Assembly (NCBI GenBank): GCA_049325495.1
Contig: JBMOKV010000477.1
Coordinates: forward strand, 1-61,761
Direction of reading: 5' to 3'
DNA: 61,761 nt
DNA from: Candidatus Rifleibacteriota bacterium
Lineage (GTDB): Bacteria; Muiribacteriota; Ozemobacteria; Ozemobacterales; Ozemobacteraceae
The number at the start of each line of letters is the position of its first letter. Positions within the stretch are counted from its first letter, which is position 1. A program made the position numbers and the translations under genes. Shown here in pieces: positions 38,351 to 46,354 of this stretch. The notes under the pieces were generated by a model, which worked only from the letters and a program-made list of their open reading frames with translations, had not been told where the DNA came from and ran no database searches.

Positions 38351-39528
38351 CCGGTCATTCCCATGGAAAAATGAGTCCGGTGCGGGTGGCCATTTTCATG
38401 GTTCTGCTCGCCGCCATGATTTCGATCTGTTATGTGGTTTCAGGCCAGCTTTTCAAGTTTGCCGCGATGGTTATAACCGCTTTCGCTGCTGGTGATCCGG
38501 TTGCTCCCGCTGCGGGGCCTTCTCAGACTGCCGATATGATGACCCGGCTGATTCCAGTTTACAACGGGCTGGCCATTATTTTGACCATTGGTCTGGTCAT
38601 GTTGACGGTCAAGTGGTATATCAACACCCGAGCCGAAGAACGATCCACTTTTCTTAAGAAAATGTTTCTCTTTGAAGCTCTGGTTGTTGGCGTTGTCGTC
38701 GTTTTGTTTCCATTTTTCTGGATGTTGTGCACCTCTTTCAAACCATCCGGTCAGGAACTGATAATCAATAAGGCAAATCCCTTCGACATCGTTCCTTCAG
38801 AACCAACTCTGATGAATTTCAAAAAAGTACTTAAAATAGATGAAGCTTCTATTGCTCAGGCTTCTCAAGATCCGATCGAGCAGAAGAAAAACTTTGGCAC
38901 CTATTTTTTAAACAGCCTGCTTGTGGCTACCACCGCCGCTTTTCTGGTTACACTCTTTGCTTCCATGGGCGCCTATGTTTTCTCCAAAAAAGAATTGCCT
39001 TACAAGCAGCAGATCTTCATGCTTTTGCTGGCAACCATGATGATTCCCGGCATGATGTTCATGGTTCCCCAGTTTTTCATGGTTTGTCAGATGGGCTTTT
39101 TCGGCACCAAATGGGCGATGTTTCTGCCCCATCTTGCCTCTGTCTTTGGCATTTTCATGCTCAAGCAGTTCATGGATACGATTCCCAATTCTCTGCTTGA
39201 AGCAGCCCAGATCGATGGAGCATCTGAATGGCAGGTATTCAGAGTCGTCATCATTCCGCTCGCATTTCCCATCATTCTGACACTTTTCCTGCTGACCTTC
39301 CTGTTCCACTGGTCAAACTTCCTCTGGCAGCTGATCGTCACCAATTTTGAAAATCCGCTGAGTATTACGCTTCCGGTTGGTCTGGCGCTGTTTCGTGGTC
39401 AGTACACCTCTGAACTTGGGCTGATCATGTCGGCCTCATGTTTCTCGATCGTTCCGATCGCAGTGTTGTTCCTGTTTGCCCAGCGCTACTTCATTGAAGG
39501 CATGACTCAGGGCGCGGTAAAGGAATAG
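38347..39528 (+). CDS. Carbohydrate ABC transporter permease 2 with N-terminal TM extension
   Basis: YFLNSLLVA, TIPNSLLEAAQIDGA, QRYFIEGMTQGAVKE. Confidence 0.95.
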   Translation: MTGHSHGKMSPVRVAIFMVLLAAMISICYVVSGQLFKFAAMVITAFAAGDPVAPAAGPSQTADMMTRLIPVYNGLAIILTIGLVMLTVKWYINTRAEERSTFLKKMFLFEALVVGVVVVLFPFFWMLCTSFKPSGQELIINKANPFDIVPSEPTLMNFKKVLKIDEASIAQASQDPIEQKKNFGTYFLNSLLVATTAAFLVTLFASMGAYVFSKKELPYKQQIFMLLLATMMIPGMMFMVPQFFMVCQMGFFGTKWAMFLPHLASVFGIFMLKQFMDTIPNSLLEAAQIDGASEWQVFRVVIIPLAFPIILTLFLLTFLFHWSNFLWQLIVTNFENPLSITLPVGLALFRGQYTSELGLIMSASCFSIVPIAVLFLFAQRYFIEGMTQGAVKE

Positions 39529-39538
39529 GAGGCGAAAT

Positions 39539-40780
39539 ATGGACGAAAAGAAAATCTTCATTGCTGCCATCATCGCTTATCTCGCTCTGGTGTTTGTGTG
39601 CTGGGACGACTCGATCGCCACCACCGCCGATGGGCGTACAATTCTCGCCTTCTGGCATACCTACAATGATCTTGAAGAAAAAGTTCTGAAAGAAATCATC
39701 AAAGACTGGGAAAAGCTGAACCCGGGCTTTACCGTCAGACCGGTGCGCATTCCATTCGATGGTCACAAGCCGAAGCTGCGCACTGCGCTTACGGTGGGTC
39801 AGGGGCCTGATATGGCCAGGGTTGACTGGTCTTTTGTCTGCGAACTGGCAAGAAAAAATGCGGTGGTGAACCTCGAATCCTTTGAATTTTCCAAAATCCG
39901 CGACCAGTATCTGAAAGCTCCGCTCGAAACTGGGTTTGTCGATGGCAATTACTATGGTATTCCCGATCAGACCACCTGTGTCGCCATGTTTTACAACAAA
40001 CAGATGTTTCGCGATGCCGGCCTTGAAACTGCAGTGCCCACAACCTGGGAAGAATTCATCGAAGTGGGCAAAAAGCTGACCAATTCATCCAATGGCCAGT
40101 ATGCGTTTGCCATGACCAATACCCTGTGGTGGAACCTGCCGTTTTTCAATTCCTATGGTGCGAGAGTCATTTCTGCCGATGGCAGAAAATGCGAACTGGC
40201 TTCAGATAAGGCAGTTGCCGCTCTTGAAATGATGGCCAGCCTGGTAAACGAGCACAAGGTTGAAGCCGGTGCCTGGCGCCCGGGAGCCATTTCCCCGGAA
40301 CAGGGCTTCGTTAACGGCAAATACGCCATGATCTTTATGGGCCCATGGAACCTGGCAAAATTCAAAAATACCAATATGGATTTTGGCGTTGGCCTTATTC
40401 CTGGCGGTCCGGCAGGAACATCGACGAACGTCGGTGGAACCGACACCGTGGTTTTCAAGCATTCACCCTATGCAAGAGAAGCCTACAATTTTCTTACTTT
40501 TTTCACCAATGCCCAGAACCAGGCGCGCTGGTGCTCTGAGCTGAATCAACTGCCAATCAACCTGGGTGCTTACGACCTGGTTAAGTTTGAAGACGAGCAT
40601 CTCAAGACCTTCATGGAACAGATGAAACATGCGGGGGTAAACCCTGTCGTTACCAGCTATGGTCTGCTTGAAGATATTGTGAATCCCGAAATGGAAGCGG
40701 CGCTTTCGGGGCAGAAATCGGTGCGCGATGCGCTGACCAGTGCTGCAGAGAAAATCCAGAAACAGCTGCTTGATTCGTGA
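39539..40780 (+). CDS. Sugar ABC transporter substrate-binding protein
   Basis: FWHTY, GQGPD, YYGIP, MFYNKQMF, PTTWEE, AMIFMGPW. Confidence 0.93.
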   Translation: MDEKKIFIAAIIAYLALVFVCWDDSIATTADGRTILAFWHTYNDLEEKVLKEIIKDWEKLNPGFTVRPVRIPFDGHKPKLRTALTVGQGPDMARVDWSFVCELARKNAVVNLESFEFSKIRDQYLKAPLETGFVDGNYYGIPDQTTCVAMFYNKQMFRDAGLETAVPTTWEEFIEVGKKLTNSSNGQYAFAMTNTLWWNLPFFNSYGARVISADGRKCELASDKAVAALEMMASLVNEHKVEAGAWRPGAISPEQGFVNGKYAMIFMGPWNLAKFKNTNMDFGVGLIPGGPAGTSTNVGGTDTVVFKHSPYAREAYNFLTFFTNAQNQARWCSELNQLPINLGAYDLVKFEDEHLKTFMEQMKHAGVNPVVTSYGLLEDIVNPEMEAALSGQKSVRDALTSAAEKIQKQLLDS

Positions 40781-40800
40781 TGGGTAAATGGAGGTTTTTT

Positions 40801-41808
40801 ATGAGAGGTGCAAAGGCATTACTGCTCGTATCTCTGCTGGCATTTTCCCTGCCGGTTCAGGCGCAAAGTTCTGATGTTCAGAGACTTCTGGATTCTGCCG
40901 CTAAAAACAGCGTGCCGGCGATGATTGAGCTGGGCGAACGTTACTGGGATGGTAATGGGGTCGAAGTAAACATTCAAAAAGCCTGGGAATGGTTTAAAAA
41001 GGCCGCTGAAGCCGGTGGCCCGGAAGAAAAGCACGATTATGGAATAAGGGTGATTGAGCTGGCTCTTCATTCTGACTCAGTGGCCAACGAAAAAGAAGCT
41101 TTCAAATGGTTCAGTCAGGCCGCCGAAGCAAATCATGTTGCGGCCATGGCAAGTCTGGCACATTGCTATCGCACTGGCATGGGAACTGCTGAAGATCTGA
41201 CGAAGGCCGTAAGCTGGTACCGAAAAGCGGCTGAAAAGAAGCATCCAGACGCGCTTCTTGCTCTGGGCGAGCTTTCTGAAGATGGAACTGGTGTCGAAAA
41301 AAGTCTGGCGAATGCCGTTTACTTTTTCAAACTGGCCGCCGATCATGGAAGCGAAGAAGCCCGGTTTAACCTGGCCTTCATGTATTTTGACGGCCGGGGA
41401 GTGGAAAAAGACGAAGCCAAAGCCATTGAATTGCTCAAGCTTGCCGCAAAAGGTGAGCAGGTTGATGCCCAGTTTGAGCTGGCGCGTTGTTATGCCGAAG
41501 GAATTGGAGTAGAAAAAAACGATGTGGCGGCGGTTAAGTTGTTCAAGAAAGCCGTTGCCCAGGATCATTTTGAAGCCCGATACTATCTGGCCGAACATCT
41601 TTATCTCGGTCGTGGAGTTGATAAAAGCCCGGTGCGCGCCTATGCCCTGTTGTATGACCTGTCAGCTTATGACCCGGATGGAAATGAAAATTCTCCCGTA
41701 TTGCAGGCAGCTGAAAAGCTGGCCGAAAAGATTGAAGGGGAAATGACGCCCGAACAGTTTGCTGAAGCTGAGAAGATAATTGCTGAAGAAAAGCCCGATG
41801 AAAATTAA
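40801..41808 (+). CDS. Exported Sel1-repeat protein
   Basis: GGAGG RBS, signal peptide, about 7 SLR units (A...LG..Y..G.GV..D...A..W...AA); the ORF track starts at 40777. Confidence 0.92.
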   Translation: MRGAKALLLVSLLAFSLPVQAQSSDVQRLLDSAAKNSVPAMIELGERYWDGNGVEVNIQKAWEWFKKAAEAGGPEEKHDYGIRVIELALHSDSVANEKEAFKWFSQAAEANHVAAMASLAHCYRTGMGTAEDLTKAVSWYRKAAEKKHPDALLALGELSEDGTGVEKSLANAVYFFKLAADHGSEEARFNLAFMYFDGRGVEKDEAKAIELLKLAAKGEQVDAQFELARCYAEGIGVEKNDVAAVKLFKKAVAQDHFEARYYLAEHLYLGRGVDKSPVRAYALLYDLSAYDPDGNENSPVLQAAEKLAEKIEGEMTPEQFAEAEKIIAEEKPDEN

Positions 41809-42718
41809 GTATTTTATTTTAAATATTTGTTTTATTTTTTCTGTCGCAGCCAGTCTTCCGGCAGTTGAAACGCCAGCAGGAGTTTTGTTCGTTGGAGTTG
41901 TAGACGAAACTTCAGATATTTATTTATGGCAGTCGGGTTCTGGAAATGGTTCAATAAAGGCTTTGACCATTACTCCTGAAAAAGAAGGCAATGCCTGCTG
42001 GTGGCCGCAAAAAAAGCTTATTCTTGCTTCGCGTGAAACCGAACCAGGGCGCTATGGGCTGGTCGCAATAGATTCCCGGCTTGAAACCATCTGGACCTGT
42101 GAAGACCCGATCGGCAGCCTTGGCTGGCCGGTTCCGTCACCATGGGATAACCGCATTCTTTGTGTCAGAGAATGTGGCGATGGAACGGTTCAACCAGGCA
42201 TGGTAACCATGCCCGAAGGAAATTTCGAGCCTTTTGAATTTAACGGACTTTCCGGTGGTCAGCTGGCCTGGCTGGCACCTGATATGGTTCAGCTTTCAAG
42301 GGTTACTCAGGCTGGTTTTGTGATTACTCATCGTGATCTGCAGACCCGTGAAGAGAAAATTATCGTCAGCGGCGGCAATAACTGGCAAAGCCATATCAAT
42401 GTCGCAACCGGCAATAATCTTTTTGTCAGACGTGCCGGCCAGATCGGCAGTATTTTTCGCCTGCTTCGCACCGATGAACAGAAATGGGAATACGAAAATC
42501 TTACCAATGCCAGAACCTATGACTGGCAACCTTCGCTTTCTACCGATGGCGCTCAATTGATTTTTCGGTCTTTACGCAACGGTTTTTTCGTTACCGTTGT
42601 AAGATCGATGGCCGATTCTTCACCCGAAAAAGAACTGATCCTGCCAATCGAGGGCTTTTCACAGATCTATTTCCCGGTGATCGTTGATTCTGAGTTTGTT
42701 TTGGAATTCACCAGGTAA
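41798..42718 (+). CDS. Exported TolB-like beta-propeller protein
   Basis: Signal peptide; PD40-like YDWQPSLSTDGAQLIF, DIYLW, LGWPVPSP. Confidence 0.6.
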   Translation: MKIKYFILNICFIFSVAASLPAVETPAGVLFVGVVDETSDIYLWQSGSGNGSIKALTITPEKEGNACWWPQKKLILASRETEPGRYGLVAIDSRLETIWTCEDPIGSLGWPVPSPWDNRILCVRECGDGTVQPGMVTMPEGNFEPFEFNGLSGGQLAWLAPDMVQLSRVTQAGFVITHRDLQTREEKIIVSGGNNWQSHINVATGNNLFVRRAGQIGSIFRLLRTDEQKWEYENLTNARTYDWQPSLSTDGAQLIFRSLRNGFFVTVVRSMADSSPEKELILPIEGFSQIYFPVIVDSEFVLEFTR

Positions 42719-42760
42719 TTCAAATCAGATCCGAACAAATTATGTGCGCGGGAGCAGAAT

Positions 42761-43087
42761 ATGTCAAAACGGAAAATAATTTTGGTTTTAATCGCTTTGG
42801 TTTTTTCCATATCTATTCTGTTCGTCTTTTTTGGCGACGCATTTTTGTTCAGATTTGCCATGGAGTTTCAGATCAGAGATAAGCACCAGTGGGCGTATAA
42901 ATCTTACATCACGATTCTGGATTATTTTCCCAAAACTTCTTATTCTGATCTGGTTAAAAAGAATCTTTCTTTTATTGTCAAAAAAGACCCTCAGCTGGAA
43001 AGTTGTGCAAAGAATGATTCAGAAGTTATTGAAAAAGTTTTTCCTGATTTTTTCAAAAACCATGAAGATGAGCAGGGTAATAAATAG
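42761..43087 (+). CDS. Small membrane-anchored protein with a TPR/YbgF-like hairpin
   Basis: N-terminal TM; AYKSYITILDYFPKTSY resembles the A...Y..++..YP.S motif. Confidence 0.55.
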   Translation: MSKRKIILVLIALVFSISILFVFFGDAFLFRFAMEFQIRDKHQWAYKSYITILDYFPKTSYSDLVKKNLSFIVKKDPQLESCAKNDSEVIEKVFPDFFKNHEDEQGNK

Positions 43088-43390
43088 GTTTCATTTTTCA
43101 AGCAGTCAAAGCCGACCAGCTCGTCTTTAACCCTCGTGAGTATGAATCATTTTGCCACACGATAAAACTTATGGAAAATAATTCAGGTTTGCTGGTACGT
43201 ACCGCAGTTTCTCCAATGGTGTGGATGTTTAAGTTTGTTTGCCGTCGCTGATTAACGGCTGAATCTTTTTCGTAAACAAAACATCACTTTGGTTCGAAAG
43301 GGGTTATGGATTTGTTTGCCTCCTTATTTTTCAGTCCGGGATAGCTCCCGGATTCTTTTTTTTAGCCCAAAAAAATGTATAATTGTCTGC

Positions 43391-46354
43391 ATGTTCGAAG
43401 CAAAAGCGAAATCGAAAAACGACAGGGTTATGGCCCTGATCTTGGTTTTTAGCCTGTTTTTGCTTCTTTTTCTGCCGCTTTCAATTTTTAAAAACAAAAT
43501 CTTTCTTCTTTATCAGAAAGAAAACGAAGCCCTTCTTGTTGATCTGAAAGATCGCCTGCTTCAGGAAATTGCCGACTTTCAAGCCGATTTGAAACCTGAA
43601 ATTTTCTTTCAGAAATCATTAAAGGCATTTGAAGACAGATTTTTTGCAGGTAGTTTACCTGTTTTTTCAGACATACTGAGTGCTGCCAGTTCAAGCCAGG
43701 CCATTGACCCGGAAAAATTCTGTCGTGAACTTTGTCGCGAATACATTGATAAATACCGCATTGAGCCAAGGTTTGTCGTTGCTATCGACCCGAAATTGAC
43801 CAGACCTGCCGGTGTTTTTTCGCAAACCTTTGAGCGTGGCGGTTTTTCTGATCAAAAACTGATTGAGATTCTTCTTAATGCTGGTCTGATCAACTCTGTG
43901 CGAAAAGTTATCGGCGATTACCCTGATTTAAAGGAAAAACCTAGAGAAGTTAATAGCAAACTTTATTCCGAATTAGAAAAAGTTGTTTCGTCTTTTGACA
44001 ACCGCTTCTTAATGCCTGATATTCCCGGTAGATTCCTTTCTGATTTTTTAAATTTCCAAAGTTTTTATCTTTATTATCAGAAGCTCAAAAAAAATGGCAT
44101 TGAACTTGGTCATTTTACGATCGGCATCGGTGAATGTGATATCAGCGCTGAATCATTGAGAGATTTTGCACTCAATCAGGAAAAAGGCGGCATAACCAGG
44201 GAAATTAAGCGAATTCGTTCAGGCAAAAATATCAGGAGCGGATTCTTTTTCAATGGCGGGAAAATTTTTTACCTCGACCGGATTTCAGCTGAACATGCGA
44301 ATCTTATCAGAAACTCCTTTTTGACCGGTAATTGTGCTGATTACGCCAGTTTCGACGATGTTCTGATCGTGGGATCATCCATTCCTGAACATCTGCGCCT
44401 GAAAAATCTTGATAAACTGACTGGTATTACCCAGTTTTTTCTCATTCTTCTTTTTTTTGCCCTGGCGGTTCATACGGCACTGTTGGGTTTCAGGTTAAGC
44501 CTGCCACTTCGCCGCAAATTTATTCTCATCGTTGGAACCGTGCTTCTTCCTTTCGCATTTCTACTGAGCCTTTTTTCATGGCTCACCGCCGAAAAACTGA
44601 GTGCAGAAAGATTGTCGCAGGCATTTAACCGTCTGGCCCGTTATCTGCATGAAAACGAGCTTCTGGTGCACGAAGTTGGCGAAAGGCAGTCATTGAACAC
44701 GCTGATGCTCAAAAATGCGCTGGTTGAATTGAAAGAAAAAGACTTCATTAACCTTGAGGCCTGGAAGAAGGTAACCGATGTGAAAGTGGTAAATCTGCAT
44801 CTTGGCCTTCTTTATCATTTTTTGGGCGATTACATGCTGTATCCGACCTGGCTGGTTTATCCCTTTTCCAAGCTTCCGCTGGTTATGCATAATAATTGCG
44901 TAAAATTTCTGAATAATCTGAGAGAGCTCGATACGGGAATCGGGAAAATTCGCAACCAGCTCGAGCGGGTTTCCATGTCAGATGCTTTAATCGGGGATTA
45001 TGTGGCCATTGTCGATTACAGCGCGATTATGGCGGAAGAAATCAAGAATATGCCTGATTTTTCAAAGGCATCGCCCCTTTTGCGCATGAATTTTTTTCTC
45101 CTGCCTGACCCGGAAGGCAGTCGGCCGGTTAAACCTGCAGCAATTGCCATGCTTACCAACCAGAGAAACATGAACCACCATGGTCTGATTTTATCGATGC
45201 CCGGGTATCCTGATAAATTTCATCAACGCAGCGACGGTGACTGTCAGATTTTTATCAATATCGCATCACGAAACACCACTGATGTTGAAGACCTTTATTT
45301 TGAAGGAAAGGGAAATGACTGGCCGGATTTCAAACAGATTTTCAATAACGCTATCGAAAGCGGCGCGAGCGGCAATCGTACGATCAGAAAGAAAGATCGA
45401 ACGGAAATTGTAATGTGGATCTATTATGAGGATCTTTCTTTCATTCTTGCAGGTGTTTGTTATCTGCCTCACAGCTTTTATCAGTCCGGTTTTTTCTATT
45501 TTGGCCCGGCTATAGTACTCATTCTGGCGCTGGTTTCGCTTTTACTTGTCTCTGAAATCATGGGTTCTGTATTTCTTTCGCCCCTCGATACAATTGAAAA
45601 GGCTGCCTGGCAGATTTCTTCAACTACCGACCTTGATAAAAGAGTAGATATTCAGACCGGTGACGAGTATTCAGTGATGGGCATAGCATTCAACCAGATG
45701 GCTTCAGGTCTGTTGCAGAAGCAGCGTTTAAGCCGCTTCGTTTCCGGCCGTCTGCTGACAAATCTTGATAAAGGCGTGCAGTCATCAGCCGAACGGGTAA
45801 ATGTGGCCGTTCTGGTGTCTGACATTCGCAATTTTACCGGCATTACTGAAAAGCATGCTGCTGCAGATGTGGTTTTGATGCTGAATCTTTACTTCACCGA
45901 AATGGAAAAAGCAATCGTGGCAGCTGGTGGAATAATTGAACGTTTTGTCGGGGATGCGATAGTCGCTATTTTTTATCCGGATCAATGCCAGCACAATCCA
46001 TGCGTTCACGCCTGTCATGCCGGAATTAAAATGAGGCAGAACCTGGGGAAATTTAACGAACTACGCCGAAAAGCAGGGCTTTTTGAAGTGGAAAACGGCA
46101 TTGGGATTTCCTCTGGTGAAGTGATATCTGGCAGTTTGGGAATGACAGGCGGAAGAATGGAGTTTTCAGTTGTGGGAAAGGCGGTTGGGCGTGCCAGCGA
46201 ACTTGAGGGACTTACAAGGCACACAGGAAACTTGAAAATAGTATTCGATGAGTCGGTAAGCAGTAATGTTGGGAATATTTACTCTTTTCGCTCACTGAAT
46301 GGTTTCTCTGATGCATTTGAACTAATGGAAGCAAGAGATGAACAGGCAGAATAA
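43391..46354 (+). CDS. Multi-TM HAMP class III nucleotide cyclase, C1-like half (metal Asps only)
   Basis: SDIRNFT and FVGD Asps are present; K->R, T->S, N->G, R->E, and the KGK motif is absent. The start may be upstream (ORF track 43289). Confidence 0.9.
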   Translation: MFEAKAKSKNDRVMALILVFSLFLLLFLPLSIFKNKIFLLYQKENEALLVDLKDRLLQEIADFQADLKPEIFFQKSLKAFEDRFFAGSLPVFSDILSAASSSQAIDPEKFCRELCREYIDKYRIEPRFVVAIDPKLTRPAGVFSQTFERGGFSDQKLIEILLNAGLINSVRKVIGDYPDLKEKPREVNSKLYSELEKVVSSFDNRFLMPDIPGRFLSDFLNFQSFYLYYQKLKKNGIELGHFTIGIGECDISAESLRDFALNQEKGGITREIKRIRSGKNIRSGFFFNGGKIFYLDRISAEHANLIRNSFLTGNCADYASFDDVLIVGSSIPEHLRLKNLDKLTGITQFFLILLFFALAVHTALLGFRLSLPLRRKFILIVGTVLLPFAFLLSLFSWLTAEKLSAERLSQAFNRLARYLHENELLVHEVGERQSLNTLMLKNALVELKEKDFINLEAWKKVTDVKVVNLHLGLLYHFLGDYMLYPTWLVYPFSKLPLVMHNNCVKFLNNLRELDTGIGKIRNQLERVSMSDALIGDYVAIVDYSAIMAEEIKNMPDFSKASPLLRMNFFLLPDPEGSRPVKPAAIAMLTNQRNMNHHGLILSMPGYPDKFHQRSDGDCQIFINIASRNTTDVEDLYFEGKGNDWPDFKQIFNNAIESGASGNRTIRKKDRTEIVMWIYYEDLSFILAGVCYLPHSFYQSGFFYFGPAIVLILALVSLLLVSEIMGSVFLSPLDTIEKAAWQISSTTDLDKRVDIQTGDEYSVMGIAFNQMASGLLQKQRLSRFVSGRLLTNLDKGVQSSAERVNVAVLVSDIRNFTGITEKHAAADVVLMLNLYFTEMEKAIVAAGGIIERFVGDAIVAIFYPDQCQHNPCVHACHAGIKMRQNLGKFNELRRKAGLFEVENGIGISSGEVISGSLGMTGGRMEFSVVGKAVGRASELEGLTRHTGNLKIVFDESVSSNVGNIYSFRSLNGFSDAFELMEARDEQAE

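Noticed and set aside
37421-40780. Missing ATPase in the sugar ABC operon as an anomaly
   Set aside because: CUT1 systems commonly share an MsmK/MsmX-type ATPase encoded elsewhere.
42025-42040. Second parS-like 16-mer (TGCTTCGCGTGAAACC)
   Set aside because: The mismatches fall in the conserved core half-site, it is 38 kb from oriC, and it is explained by coding (ASRET).
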